Shown here: positions 9,537 through 19,765 of the stretch, piece after piece | How positions within the stretch are numbered: position 1 is the stretch's first letter | How the letters are laid out: each line of letters begins with the position of its first letter | DNA from: Flavobacteriales bacterium | Lineage (GTDB): Bacteria > Bacteroidota > Bacteroidia > UBA10329 | Direction of reading: 5' to 3' | DNA length: 64,000 nt | Assembly (NCBI GenBank): GCA_021741075.1 | Contig: JAIOYO010000008.1 | Span: 12,283 to 76,282, forward strand | The notes under the pieces: generated by a model | Told to the model about the DNA's origin: nothing | The model's input: only the letters and a program-made list of their open reading frames with translations | Databases searched by the model: none | Program-made: the position numbers and the translations under genes

Positions 9537-10688
9537 TTTTTCTTCATTCAACGAGCGACTCACGCTCAAAATCATTCCGATGGCAATGGATGTGAACCAA
9601 ATGGAGGTTCCGCCCATGCTCAAAAGAGGTAGTGGTTGACCAGTTACAGGAAACAAATTCACAGCAACAGCCATATTTATAAAAGCTTGAAAGATGAGGC
9701 TGAACGTGCAGCCAAATGCGAGCAACGTTCCGAATGTGCTGGTTCCTTTATGCACGATTCTAAGTCCACGGAATAACAGAATTAGGTATAGAAAGAGAAT
9801 TCCCATGCCGCCAACAAATCCCCATTCTTCGATGATAATCGCATAGATGAAATCCGCGTAGGCGCTCGGCAACCTGTTTCGCTGAACGCTGTTCCCGGGA
9901 CCAACACCAGTTATTCCACCTGTTGCAATGGCAATCTTGGCCTGCTCGGTTTGGTAGTTGGCATCGGCCGACTCTGGCGTTTCTTCATTGCTGATATAGG
10001 TTTCAACACGCTGCTTCCATGTTCCAAAGCGAGGAAGAACTTTCTCAATCGGTAAAGCGAAAGAGAGAAGGAAAACAAATGCACCAGCAAGGCCAATAGC
10101 ACCAATTAAGCCAGCGAGGTATTTGAATTTGACACGGCCAATGAATAAGACTACTAGCGATGTAGCGAAAAGCACCGCGGCTGTTGAGAAGTTCGCAGGT
10201 AGAATTAAGGCGCAGACAATGAGGACTGGCCAAATGATTTTCAGGAAACCTTCCTTGAAATCGTCCATGGAATCTTGCCTCTTGGCAAGTTGTCGAGCCA
10301 AGAAGGCAATGAGTGCTAACTTGGCCAAATCGGACGTTTGAAATGATATATTGATAACGGGCAGCGTCAGCCATCTCGATGCGGAGTTAACCGATGTTCC
10401 CGCGATTAGCGTTACAGCCAAAAGTGGAATAGAAACCCAAATAAAAATCTGAGCAACGCGAGAAAAATACGTGTACGGAACCTTGTGGATTCCGTAAATC
10501 ATTGCCCAACCCAGAACGATAATCATGAAGTGTTTGAACAAATAGTATTCAGTATTCCCGTGATGCTTGTAGTGCGCCAAATTGTTGGTCGCGCTATAGA
10601 CCGCCAGTATGGAAACAAGCGACAACAGAAACACAACGGCCCAAATGACCATGTCTCCCTGTAGATATTTCCTTACTAACGCGTTCAT
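9456..10688 (-). CDS. ftsW: SEDS peptidoglycan polymerase FtsW
   Basis: ASRWL, FQTSDLAK, YADFIYAII-EE, TGQPLPLLSMGGTS; about 10 TM segments. Confidence 0.97.
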   Translation of the reverse strand: MNALVRKYLQGDMVIWAVVFLLSLVSILAVYSATNNLAHYKHHGNTEYYLFKHFMIIVLGWAMIYGIHKVPYTYFSRVAQIFIWVSIPLLAVTLIAGTSVNSASRWLTLPVINISFQTSDLAKLALIAFLARQLAKRQDSMDDFKEGFLKIIWPVLIVCALILPANFSTAAVLFATSLVVLFIGRVKFKYLAGLIGAIGLAGAFVFLLSFALPIEKVLPRFGTWKQRVETYISNEETPESADANYQTEQAKIAIATGGITGVGPGNSVQRNRLPSAYADFIYAIIIEEWGFVGGMGILFLYLILLFRGLRIVHKGTSTFGTLLAFGCTFSLIFQAFINMAVAVNLFPVTGQPLPLLSMGGTSIWFTSIAIGMILSVSRSLNEEKAPSSPKGGSASEAAETDMSDLQVANG

Positions 10689-10691
10689 TTC

Positions 10692-10723
10692 AATTAATAA
10701 TTAAGAATGATGAATTAAAAATT
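10692..10723. repeat. AATTANN heptamer array (downstream arm of the four-helix-bundle cassette)
   Basis: aattaat-aattaag-aatgatg-aattaaa-aatt; inverted relative to 11104-11134. Confidence 0.75.
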
Positions 10724-10733
10724 TGGTGGTTCA

Positions 10734-11096
10734 TCAGTCCTTTTGAGTGTAGTTGGTTTTGGTTATTGCCGCTAATATTCGCAGGTTCTCGTCACAATCT
10801 TTAAGCATGGAATCAGCCTCCGATTCGTTCAAATAGTCAGTAGCTTTCATCAATCTCAACCAATACCTAGTTTCTCTCGCCTCTTTGTATGCTAAATTGA
10901 TTTTTGTCCCAAAGTCCTTTCTCGTTTGTCCTCCGATAGCTTCTTCCACATTTGCCCCTATGGATGTCCCACTTCTCAAAAATTGTTTTGATAGGACAAA
11001 CTCCTTCTTGTTTTCAGTAAGGTGACGGTACAACTTCACCACCCGAACTGCGAAATCGAAGCTCTTATCTTGGATAATGTTGCTGTCCTTACTCAT
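10734..11096 (-). CDS. Four-helix-bundle protein (23S rRNA intervening-sequence protein / Avd-like family)
   Basis: KSFDFAVRVVKL, LSKQFLRSGTSIGANVEEA and DF-x-KINLAYKEARETRYWL are hallmark motifs of this family. Confidence 0.93.
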   Translation of the reverse strand: MSKDSNIIQDKSFDFAVRVVKLYRHLTENKKEFVLSKQFLRSGTSIGANVEEAIGGQTRKDFGTKINLAYKEARETRYWLRLMKATDYLNESEADSMLKDCDENLRILAAITKTNYTQKD

Positions 11097-11103
11097 GGCG
11101 GCT

Positions 11104-11134
11104 ATTGTTAATTTTTAATTCCTAATTATTAATT
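11104..11134. repeat. AATTANN heptamer array (upstream arm of the four-helix-bundle cassette)
   Basis: Reverse complement reads aattaat-aattagg-aattaaa-aattaac-aat and supplies the final codons and TAG of the upstream gene. Confidence 0.75.
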
Positions 11135-11661
11135 AACCTTAAAACTGCTTTCGTGAATTGATTCCCTCGGTCTTCGTAGCTATCAAAAAGGTCATGCGAA
11201 GAGCATGCAGGAGAAAGAATAACCTTGTCACCTGGTTTAGCAAGAGCTACAGCAGCTTTCACTGCATCGTCAGCTGTGCTGGCCCCAACAATCACTTCTG
11301 CATCTGTTAAAAAAGTTTTGAAAACATTGCCATTTTCTCTTCCAAGACAGACCACAGCGCGAACCTTATCAGACACCAATTCCTTCAGCATACTGTAATC
11401 CTGACCTGCTTGCAGACCACCCACAATCCAAACGGCAGTTCCTTGCAAACGCTCCAACGAATACCACGTCAAATCCACGTTCGTAGCCTTAGAATCGTTA
11501 ATAAATTCGATGTCATTCCAAACGCCAATCACTTCCTGGCGGTGACGGGTGCTTTGCACATCCGAAACACTTTCTTCAAGGATCTGCTTCCTCAATTCAA
11601 GCAGACTGTTGAACATTTCCTGTTCCGTTTGCACTTCTTTATTCCAGTTCTTATTCTTCAT
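11122..11661 (-). CDS. Stand-alone MurD C-terminal (Mur ligase C) domain paralog, about 179 aa
   Basis: Gap-free manual alignment to the C-terminal ~157 aa of the adjacent MurD (about 83 identities): IEFINDSKATN, WIVGG, LSPAC, YEDRG. Likely ATG at 11661 (MKNKNW). Confidence 0.85.
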   Translation of the reverse strand: MKNKNWNKEVQTEQEMFNSLLELRKQILEESVSDVQSTRHRQEVIGVWNDIEFINDSKATNVDLTWYSLERLQGTAVWIVGGLQAGQDYSMLKELVSDKVRAVVCLGRENGNVFKTFLTDAEVIVGASTADDAVKAAVALAKPGDKVILSPACSSHDLFDSYEDRGNQFTKAVLRLINN

Positions 11662-11680
11662 AGGTTGATGATTCCTAGGT

Positions 11681-13012
11681 TTATAATGAGCGAACAGCAG
11701 CTTTAAATTGACGTCCTCGGTCTTCGTAATTTTCAAACAAATCGAAACTGGCGCAAGCCGGAGATAACAGAACGGTATCTCCTTTTTTGCCCAAATAGTA
11801 GCTCGCTTTTACCGCCTCAACTGCGCTTTGCGTATCTACAATCGTCTCCACAATTCCTTCAAATGCTGCGTGGATTTTCGCATTGTCGGTTCCCATACAG
11901 ATGATTGCCTTCACCTTGTCTTTCACCAACTCAGCAACCATCGAGTAGTCGTTGCCTTTGTCAACCCCACCCACAATCCAAATCACAGGTGTGTTCTGGC
12001 ATTCCAGCGCATACCATGTGGAGTTGATATTCGTAGCCTTGCTATCGTTAATGAATTCTATGCCTTGAACTTTTCCGACAGGTTCTAGTCGATGCTCAAC
12101 AGCGCTGAAATCGCTTAGACTTTCTCGGACTACGTCTTTGCGCAGCTCCAAGAGGCGACCCACAATTCCAGCAGCCATAGAGTTGTAGGAGTTGTGTTTG
12201 CCTTGTAATGCAAGATCGTGGATTGACATGGTTAGGTTTGAATTATTGAGGTTTATGTTGAGATTGTTCTGATCTGTGTAAGCACCTTCGGCAACCGTGC
12301 CGTTGAGCGTAAATGGAAGTCGTTTTGCCTTTATAGAATCGTTCAGTGCTTTAGCGATGTTTTCGTCATCAGCGCAGTAGATAAAAGCGTCTTCTGAGGT
12401 TTGATTTTGTGTAATTCGGAATTTGGAATTGATATAGTTTTCCATGTTTCCATAGCGATCCAAATGGTCTGGAGTAATGTTCATCAGCACCGCCACATTC
12501 ACACGACTTTCAAACATTCCGTCTAATTGATAACTGCTGAGTTCGAGCACCAGATAATCAAACTCCGAATCGGCCACTTGCCACGCCAAACTTTTGCCAA
12601 CGTTGCCTGCCAATCCCACATCCAAACCAGCTTTGGTAAGCATATGATGGGTTAGGAGGGTAGTCGTAGTTTTTCCGTTAGTTCCTGTAATGCCGATGAT
12701 TTTCGCATTGGTGTATCGCAAGCCAAATTCAATCTCAGAAATAACTTTCACGCCTTTCTTTAAAAGTGCTTGAATGAGAGGGGTTGAGTCAGGAATTCCT
12801 GGGCTTTTGATTACTAAATCAGCATTCAGAATTTTCTCTTCGGAATGCTTTCCTTCTTCAAATTCGATTTTCCAACTGCGCAATTTTTTAGCATAGGTAT
12901 CTTTCAGCTTTCCCTTATCCGAAAGGAAAACATCGTAGCCTTTTACCTTGCCGAGATAGGCTGCCCCAGCACCACTTTCTCCACCACCCAATATGACCAG
13001 TCTTTCTGCCAT
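11681..13012 (-). CDS. murD: UDP-MurNAc-L-Ala--D-glutamate ligase
   Basis: [47 protein letters not shown]. Confidence 0.99.
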   Translation of the reverse strand: MAERLVILGGGESGAGAAYLGKVKGYDVFLSDKGKLKDTYAKKLRSWKIEFEEGKHSEEKILNADLVIKSPGIPDSTPLIQALLKKGVKVISEIEFGLRYTNAKIIGITGTNGKTTTTLLTHHMLTKAGLDVGLAGNVGKSLAWQVADSEFDYLVLELSSYQLDGMFESRVNVAVLMNITPDHLDRYGNMENYINSKFRITQNQTSEDAFIYCADDENIAKALNDSIKAKRLPFTLNGTVAEGAYTDQNNLNINLNNSNLTMSIHDLALQGKHNSYNSMAAGIVGRLLELRKDVVRESLSDFSAVEHRLEPVGKVQGIEFINDSKATNINSTWYALECQNTPVIWIVGGVDKGNDYSMVAELVKDKVKAIICMGTDNAKIHAAFEGIVETIVDTQSAVEAVKASYYLGKKGDTVLLSPACASFDLFENYEDRGRQFKAAVRSL

Positions 13013-14262
13013 TATCTAAGTTTGAGGGTTACCACTGTGAGTACTGCAAGCATGATTCCCACAATCCAAAAGCGCCCAACGATTTTGGCCTCGTGCCAAC
13101 CCTTTTTCTGGAAATGGTGATGAAGAGGTGACATCAGGAAGATTCTTCTTCCTTCACCGAATTTCTTTTTCGTGTATTTGAAATAGCTTACCTGCATTAC
13201 CACAGAGAGGTTTTCCACTAGGAAAACGCCACACAGAATTGGAATCAAGAGTTCTTTTCTGATCGCCAGTGCGAAAACAGCAATTATTCCACCCAAAGCA
13301 AGGCTTCCTGTATCTCCCATGAAAACCTGAGCTGGATATTGATTGTACCAAAGAAATCCGATGCAAGCGCCAATAAATGCCGAGATGAAAACCACCAGTT
13401 CGCCCGATCCAGGGATGTACATGATATTCAGGTAATCGGCAAAAATGATGTTACCCGAAACGTAGGCGAATGCCGCTAACGTAACGCCAATGATTGCCGA
13501 AGTTCCTGTTGCTAATCCGTCCAGCCCGTCTGTGAGGTTTGCTCCGTTTGAAACTGCTGTCACAATGAAAATCACAATCGGAATAAAAACCAGCCAGCCC
13601 CAATCTTTCGCTTTATCTCCTAGGAAAAATAGTAGAGAGCTATAGTCGAATTCGTTGTCTTTTACGAAAGGAATGGTTGTAACGAGCGAATGTTCTGCTT
13701 CACCATAAACAGGAAGCGTTTCACCTTTTACCAGCTTGCCATCAATGGTTGTTTCAATGCTTTCACCGCCACTTACAAGTCTGTCTTTAACGGCTACGCT
13801 ATCATTAAAATAAAGCGTGCAGGCCACAATAAGGCTGATTCCTACTTGCCCCATAATCTTGAACCTTCCAGCAAGACCTTCTTTGTCTTTCTTGAAAACC
13901 TTGATGTAATCATCAATAAAGCCGATGGTTCCCAACCAAACGGTGGAGACAATCATCAGGATTACATAAACGTTATTCAGCTGCGCGAAAAGAATGGTCG
14001 GAATGAGGATGGAGGAGAGGATGATGATTCCGCCCATAGTTGGCGTTCCCTTCTTCTGAGTTTGCTCTGCAAGGCCTAAATCACGAACGATTTCACCCAC
14101 TTGCTTTAACTGCAAAAACTCAATTACTTTCTTGCCAATAACCATTGAGCAAATGAGGGAAGTGATAACGCTTGCAGCTGCACGAAATGAGATGTACTGG
14201 AACAATCCTGCCCCAGGCAAATCATAATGTGTTTGAAGAAATTCGAACAGATGGTAAAGCAT
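13012..14262 (-). CDS. mraY: Phospho-MurNAc-pentapeptide transferase
   Basis: [39 protein letters not shown]. Confidence 0.99.
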   Translation of the reverse strand: MLYHLFEFLQTHYDLPGAGLFQYISFRAAASVITSLICSMVIGKKVIEFLQLKQVGEIVRDLGLAEQTQKKGTPTMGGIIILSSILIPTILFAQLNNVYVILMIVSTVWLGTIGFIDDYIKVFKKDKEGLAGRFKIMGQVGISLIVACTLYFNDSVAVKDRLVSGGESIETTIDGKLVKGETLPVYGEAEHSLVTTIPFVKDNEFDYSSLLFFLGDKAKDWGWLVFIPIVIFIVTAVSNGANLTDGLDGLATGTSAIIGVTLAAFAYVSGNIIFADYLNIMYIPGSGELVVFISAFIGACIGFLWYNQYPAQVFMGDTGSLALGGIIAVFALAIRKELLIPILCGVFLVENLSVVMQVSYFKYTKKKFGEGRRIFLMSPLHHHFQKKGWHEAKIVGRFWIVGIMLAVLTVVTLKLR

Positions 14263-15722
14263 TAGTTGGTCTGTTTGAGGTTCGTGGTTAGGATTTCCAT
14301 GTCGTCAAAAGGCGTTTTTACCCCTTTGATTTCTTGGTATTTCTCGTGTCCTTTTCCAGCCACAAGAATGATGTCGCCAGATTGGGCCAACATGCAGGCA
14401 GTTCGGATGGCTTCCGCTCGGTCAAGAATGGTTACCGCTTTTCTCACTGTTACTGGGTCAAGACCTTTTTTCATGTCTTCGATGATTTGCTGTGGGTCTT
14501 CGCTTCTTGGATTGTCTGAAGTGAGAATCACTTTGTCGCTTCCTTCTGCCGCAATGCGTGCCATTTCTGGCCGTTTGGTCTTGTCGCGATCACCACCGCA
14601 CCCCACAAGTGTTACCAGTTTTTCATTCCCCGTTCTAAATTCGCGAATTGTAGAAATTACATTGTCCAATGCGTCTGGCGTATGGGCGTAATCAACAATA
14701 CCTAGAATGTTGTTCGAGGTTTTGAAAAATTGGAAACGACCTTCTGGCGAATGAAGATTGCTTACCGTGGTGAGAATCTGAAGCTTTTCCTCTTTCAGCT
14801 CCAGCGCGGCTCCGTACACGCTTAATATGTTGTAAGCATTGAATGAGCCGATTAACCGGGTAATTACTTCCTGTCCGTCAATGTTCAGAATCAAACCTGT
14901 CAGATTGTTCTCAAGGATTTTTGCCTTGCGGTCAGCCATCGACTTTAAACCGTAGGTTACAATCTTAGCATTGGTATTCTGCACCATTATTCCACCATGT
15001 CTGTCATCCGCATTAATAAGGGCGAACGCTTTGGATGAAAGCCCATCAAACAACATCTTCTTAGCTAAGATGTAATTGGTGAATGTTTCGTGATAATCGA
15101 GGTGGTCGTGTGTAATGTTTGTGAAAATGGCTCCTGTGAAACTCAATCCAGCCACACGATGCTGATGCAAAGCATGCGAACTCACTTCCATAAAACAGAA
15201 TTCGCAACCTGCTTCAACCATTTCGGCCAATAGCTTATTTAAATTGATTGGGTCTGGTGTGGTGTGGGTAGCGGCAACTACAGTTCCGTTTATTAAATTT
15301 CTAACTGTTGAAATAAGGCCAACCTTGTAGCCCAGTGCTATGAAAAGTTCGTAAAGCAAGGTGGCTGTGGTCGTCTTTCCATTGGTTCCGGTTACCCCAA
15401 CCAGTTTCATGTCCTGTGATGGGTTGTCGAAAAAATTGGATGCAATAATGCCAGCAGCATAGTGGCTATTCTTCACTTGAACGTAGTTCACATCTTTCTC
15501 AAGATTTTCTGGAAGAGTTTCGCATACAATTGCCAGTGCGCCCTGCTTAATGGCCAGTGCTATGTAATTGTGTCCGTCTGCCTGAGTTCCCTTTAGAGCA
15601 ATGAAAAGCGAGAATTTTTTCGCTTGACGAGAATCAGTGCAGATGTTCTCAATAGCGACATTGGTAGATCCAATTACTTCTTCCAGACCAGCTTTGTATA
15701 ATATGTCCTTCAGTAATTTCAT
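14262..15722 (-). CDS. murE: UDP-MurNAc-dipeptide--meso-DAP ligase
   Basis: [21 protein letters not shown], the DNPR motif associated with meso-DAP specificity, AGKGHE. Confidence 0.99.
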   Translation of the reverse strand: MKLLKDILYKAGLEEVIGSTNVAIENICTDSRQAKKFSLFIALKGTQADGHNYIALAIKQGALAIVCETLPENLEKDVNYVQVKNSHYAAGIIASNFFDNPSQDMKLVGVTGTNGKTTTATLLYELFIALGYKVGLISTVRNLINGTVVAATHTTPDPINLNKLLAEMVEAGCEFCFMEVSSHALHQHRVAGLSFTGAIFTNITHDHLDYHETFTNYILAKKMLFDGLSSKAFALINADDRHGGIMVQNTNAKIVTYGLKSMADRKAKILENNLTGLILNIDGQEVITRLIGSFNAYNILSVYGAALELKEEKLQILTTVSNLHSPEGRFQFFKTSNNILGIVDYAHTPDALDNVISTIREFRTGNEKLVTLVGCGGDRDKTKRPEMARIAAEGSDKVILTSDNPRSEDPQQIIEDMKKGLDPVTVRKAVTILDRAEAIRTACMLAQSGDIILVAGKGHEKYQEIKGVKTPFDDMEILTTNLKQTN

Positions 15723-17818
15723 GATAAGCGAAGTATTATTTCGTTACCACGCATGGTGCGTGTGCCCGGGCGGATTGACTGCTGGCGAACAACCCCAGAA
15801 CCTACCATACTTACTTTTAGTCCTGAGTTTTCCAATAGGAAGAGCGCGTCCATTGCTCCCATTCCTATTACTCTAGGAACGAGGTTGTCAATTACTGGAC
15901 GTTCAATAATGTCAACCGAATTGGAGTCTACCGAAGCCAGTGCCCATTTTGCGTCAGGAGCTTTGATATCTGTTTTTATATCGAGTATCTCAAACGCTTT
16001 AACGAGGTCTTCTTTCTCGGTTACTTTCGAGAATGGGATGATGGAGTTTGCCAGCAGTGGATCTGTTCCAACTTCTTCCAACATCTTCACCTGTGTGGAA
16101 TAAACTTTATCTGAAATTTCTTTGAAAATCGGTCCAGCAACTACGTTTCCATAATATGCAGAGCTAGTCGGTGAATCAATCACTACAATGCACGTATAGC
16201 GCGGTTTGTCGGCTGGGAAATAGCCAACGAACGATGCCTGATAGGTTTTGTCTCGTTGATAGCTGCCACCTTTCGAGATTAAGGCTGTACCCGTCTTTCC
16301 AGCAATTTTGTAGTTAGCGTGTTTAAGGTTGCTGGCGGTTCCATGTTCAACCACGCCTTCCATTACTGTTTTAAGTTTGTCGATTGTTTTCTGTGAACAA
16401 ATACGTTCCTTGAGAACCACTGTCGGAAACTCTTTAACCGTTGTTCCGTGCTTGGTAATGGTGCTTACAAATTTTGGTCGAACCATTTTTCCATCGTTTG
16501 CAATGGCATTATAGAATGCGAGAATTTGCAATGGTGTTTGGAGAACACCGTAGCCTATACTCATCCACGGAAGCGAAATCCCTGACCAACTTTCGTCCTT
16601 TGGCGATGGAATCGAAGGCTCACCTTCTCCCGGAATTTCCAATCCTAAGGGGGCATTTAATCCCATTGCCACCAAGCGGTCAATTAGCTTCTCAGGGTTC
16701 TTTTGGTAGCATTGGTTTATCAGTTTTGATATTCCAACATTGGAAGAGATTTCGAAAACTTTGGCAACGGTAATTTTGTCGTAAACCCCTGTTTTCGAAT
16801 CTTTCATGAAGTCATTGTGGAATTTCTTGATACCACCTTCAATGTCTACGGTATCGGTTATGTCCACAAATCCATCTTCTAAAAGACATAAAAGACTTGC
16901 CAATTTGAATGTTGATCCCGGTTCTGTAGATGAGCCAATGGCGTAGTTATAGGTTTCTGCATACGTCCCATCGCCTTGAGAAGTAAGATTTGCAATGGCC
17001 TTGATGTTGCCTGTTTGCACTTCCATCAAAATAGCACAGCCGTGATGCGCACCGTGCTTTTGCAATTGGGTAAGCAAAGCGTTTTGCGCCACATCTTGAA
17101 TATTAATGTCTATGGTGGTAACGAGGTCGGAACCATCTTCTGGCTCAATTTCGTTCTCATCGCTTAAAGGTTTCCAGTTGCCACCGGCAATTTTTCTCAT
17201 CAATCGTTTTCCACCAACACCTGCCAATTCAGTAGAGTAAGCGCCTTCTAATCCAACGCTAAATCCGGGCTGATCATAGCCGATTGTTCTGGCTGCTAGT
17301 TGTTTAAACGGTTTCGAACGCTTGTTGTGCTGATTGTAGATGAGTCCTCCGCTGTATTTTCCAAGATTGAAGATTTCGAATTCGCGAAGCGCCTTCAACT
17401 CTTTGTGTCCAACTTTCCTTTTAATAAGGTAATACTGACTCTTGTTGAGTCTAGCTTTGGTTAGTTCACGTTTATAAGCTTCAGCCGATTTATCGCCAAA
17501 GAGTGCGGCAAGCTGTCGCGATAATTTCCCAATGTGTTCGTTAAAATAGTCATCCTTCAATGTCGGAACGGCTGCGTCCCAACGGATTTCATATATCGGT
17601 TCGGAAGTGGCCAAAAGACTACCGTCATTGGCGAAGATATTTCCGCGCGCTGCTTCTATTTCTCGAAAAGCGGTTGTCTGAGTTTCAGCTTTTTCTTTCC
17701 ACTTTTCGCCTTCAACAAATTGAATATGAGCCACGCGCGCAACAATTGCAACCGCGAATAAACACATCAGTCCATAAGAGACATAGACACGGGTTTTTAT
17801 TTCCTTTTCGTGGCTCAA
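15719..17818 (-). CDS. ftsI: Penicillin-binding protein FtsI (with PASTA domain)
   Basis: EPGSTFK (SxxK), SSN (SxN), KTG, and a C-terminal PASTA domain. Confidence 0.97.
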   Translation of the reverse strand: MSHEKEIKTRVYVSYGLMCLFAVAIVARVAHIQFVEGEKWKEKAETQTTAFREIEAARGNIFANDGSLLATSEPIYEIRWDAAVPTLKDDYFNEHIGKLSRQLAALFGDKSAEAYKRELTKARLNKSQYYLIKRKVGHKELKALREFEIFNLGKYSGGLIYNQHNKRSKPFKQLAARTIGYDQPGFSVGLEGAYSTELAGVGGKRLMRKIAGGNWKPLSDENEIEPEDGSDLVTTIDINIQDVAQNALLTQLQKHGAHHGCAILMEVQTGNIKAIANLTSQGDGTYAETYNYAIGSSTEPGSTFKLASLLCLLEDGFVDITDTVDIEGGIKKFHNDFMKDSKTGVYDKITVAKVFEISSNVGISKLINQCYQKNPEKLIDRLVAMGLNAPLGLEIPGEGEPSIPSPKDESWSGISLPWMSIGYGVLQTPLQILAFYNAIANDGKMVRPKFVSTITKHGTTVKEFPTVVLKERICSQKTIDKLKTVMEGVVEHGTASNLKHANYKIAGKTGTALISKGGSYQRDKTYQASFVGYFPADKPRYTCIVVIDSPTSSAYYGNVVAGPIFKEISDKVYSTQVKMLEEVGTDPLLANSIIPFSKVTEKEDLVKAFEILDIKTDIKAPDAKWALASVDSNSVDIIERPVIDNLVPRVIGMGAMDALFLLENSGLKVSMVGSGVVRQQSIRPGTRTMRGNEIILRLS

Positions 17819-18183
17819 TTCTCAGGGTGTTCTTTTGATTTGACCACGATTTTCTTTGGCGGCACCACACTTTCGTAAATTCCCATTGGAGCCACAGCTT
17901 TTGCTACTTCGCTTTGCTTGCTCACAAACATCAATTCTGACCGTGTAGAGATGAATTCTGATTTCAATTCCTTGATCTCGCGGTTCATTTTTTCCATTCC
18001 GATAATGGTTCCTTCACCAAAGTGGCTGTTGGCGATGTAGAAGATGCCAATGCCAAACATGAAAAGTAGAAATGGAATATTGTTCAGCATGTTATCTCGC
18101 GTGAGGAAACTTCCGTCAAGCACGCCAAGAACGCGCTTCGCTACGCCTCTTTCTTCTGTGGTATTTTCCGCTTCCTGACTCAT
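17815..18183 (-). CDS. ftsL: FtsL-like cell division protein
   Basis: Single TM, YIANSH, coiled coil, PPKKI; lies between rsmH and ftsI. Confidence 0.88.
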   Translation of the reverse strand: MSQEAENTTEERGVAKRVLGVLDGSFLTRDNMLNNIPFLLFMFGIGIFYIANSHFGEGTIIGMEKMNREIKELKSEFISTRSELMFVSKQSEVAKAVAPMGIYESVVPPKKIVVKSKEHPEN

Positions 18184-19079
18184 TACTTTCTTTCTGCAAC
18201 TCTCAGTTTTGCGCTTCTGGCGCGAGGATTCCTTTCTATTTCTTCATCCGTTGGGATGATTGGTTTCCTTGAAATGGCAGTGAATGGAACAAGAGGTTTT
18301 CCGAAGAAATCCTTCTCCATTTTCCCATCGATATTTCCGCTTTTCACAAGATTTTTTACCAGTCTGTCTTCTAATGAATGGTAGGAAATGACCACTAAGC
18401 GTCCACCTTCTGAAAGGAGGTTCGGCATTTGAGCGAGCATTTCCTCTAATGCATTCATCTCATCATTCACTTCTATTCTTATTGCTTGAAAAACTCGCGA
18501 CATGAAGCTGTTTTCCTTACCTCGCTGCGCGATGGGAAGTATTACCACTTTGAATTGTTCGATGGTTTCAATCGGTTCAATTCCGCGGGCAGCTACAATT
18601 GTTTTTGAGAGTTTCCATGCTTCGTTCAGATCGGCATTTTCTCGAAAAATTCGGGAGAGGTTTTCTACAGAATATTCGTTGATAATCGTTCTTGCAGTAA
18701 GTTCAATTCCATCAGACATTCGCATGTCCAACGGGCCATCTGCGCGTGTGCTAAAGCCTCTGCTTGGCTCATCAATTTGAAAAGAGGATATGCCTAGATC
18801 TGCCAGCACGCCATCAACTGGAATGGCTTTGAAATACCGCAAAAAGTTGCGCACATACCTGAAGTTGTGTGGTATAAATGTGAAGCGTTCGTCCTGTAAC
18901 AGGTTCATTTGTGCGTCTTGGTCTTGATCGAAAGCGTACAGATGTCCGCTTTTTAAATGCTTTAAAATTTCGCGCGAATGACCTCCTCCTCCGAAGGTCA
19001 AGTCCACGTAAATTCCAGCAGGATCAATCCTTAAGCCGTCAATGCACTCCTGTAACAGAACCGGATTATGGTAGGTCAT
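18183..19079 (-). CDS. rsmH: 16S rRNA m4C1402 methyltransferase
   Basis: YHNPVLL, TFGGGGHS, DLGISS, SYHSLEDR, NPRARSAKLR. Confidence 0.99.
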   Translation of the reverse strand: MTYHNPVLLQECIDGLRIDPAGIYVDLTFGGGGHSREILKHLKSGHLYAFDQDQDAQMNLLQDERFTFIPHNFRYVRNFLRYFKAIPVDGVLADLGISSFQIDEPSRGFSTRADGPLDMRMSDGIELTARTIINEYSVENLSRIFRENADLNEAWKLSKTIVAARGIEPIETIEQFKVVILPIAQRGKENSFMSRVFQAIRIEVNDEMNALEEMLAQMPNLLSEGGRLVVISYHSLEDRLVKNLVKSGNIDGKMEKDFFGKPLVPFTAISRKPIIPTDEEIERNPRARSAKLRVAERK

Positions 19080-19539
19080 CAGCCCCATCATTTAGGCTGC
19101 CCATGACTTCTTCAGCCAGTGTGGCAATGTCTGTTTCAGGATTGCTCAACTTCTCCTCGTAAGCGTCCTTGTCCCATATTTCCACATAGGTACCAGCACT
19201 TGCGAGAACGATGCTGTTGGTGATTGAACTGAATCCTACAAGGTCTTTCGGAATCAGCAATCGGCCCGTTGCATCAAGCTCAACGATCCTCACCCCAGCA
19301 GTAAACAACCGGATGAACTCAACATTCTTGCGCACAAACCTATTCAGTCTGTTCACCTTACTCATCTTGTCATCCCACTCGCTCATTGGGTACAATTCAA
19401 TGCACTTCTCAAACATGCCGCGCTTCAAAACGAAGCCGCTTTCGAGCTGAGACATCAATTGTTTCTTCAATGCTGTAGGCAGCATGAGTCGACCCTTGGT
19501 GTCCACTTTGCATTCATATGTCCCGATAATGTTGGTCAC
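19066..19539 (-). CDS. mraZ: Transcriptional regulator MraZ
   Basis: Two DxKGR/DxxGR AbrB-like repeats and EIWD; probable GTG start at 19539. Confidence 0.97.
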   Translation of the reverse strand: MTNIIGTYECKVDTKGRLMLPTALKKQLMSQLESGFVLKRGMFEKCIELYPMSEWDDKMSKVNRLNRFVRKNVEFIRLFTAGVRIVELDATGRLLIPKDLVGFSSITNSIVLASAGTYVEIWDKDAYEEKLSNPETDIATLAEEVMGSLNDGADDLP

Positions 19540-19575
19540 TACACTGGAATTTATCAGGTAAAGTAAGGGAATATC

Positions 19576-19601
19576 TCCCACTCTCTACCACAGTTTACCA
19601 C
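19576..19601 (-). promoter_or_regulatory. Putative MraZ operator (three GTGG boxes at 10-bp period)
   Basis: Minus strand GTGGTA-aact-GTGGTA-gaga-GTGGGA directly upstream of mraZ, matching the known 10-bp-spaced GTGG dcw-box pattern. Confidence 0.75.
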
Positions 19602-19684
19602 AACTGTTGAAAACTTTATAGCTCAAAATTACTGAAAGGTTACGACTCAGTGCTGTTTAAATACAAATGAGCGAAAATTGACTG

Positions 19685-19700
19685 GTGGTAGAAAGTGGTA
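19685..19700 (+). promoter_or_regulatory. Second, oppositely oriented pair of MraZ-like boxes
   Basis: GTGGTA-gaaa-GTGGTA on the + strand with 10-bp period. Confidence 0.5.
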
Positions 19701-19765
19701 CGTATGTTAATAAACATGTCATTTTTGTATTGATTTATTCGAGATTGCGCCCCCTCATTTTTGGT

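Noticed and set aside
10734-11096. Diversity-generating retroelement (Avd-like gene)
   Set aside because: No reverse transcriptase or TR/VR pair seen in the window.
14262-14266. murF and ddl absent from the dcw cluster
   Set aside because: Direct murE-mraY coupling is the normal Bacteroidota arrangement.
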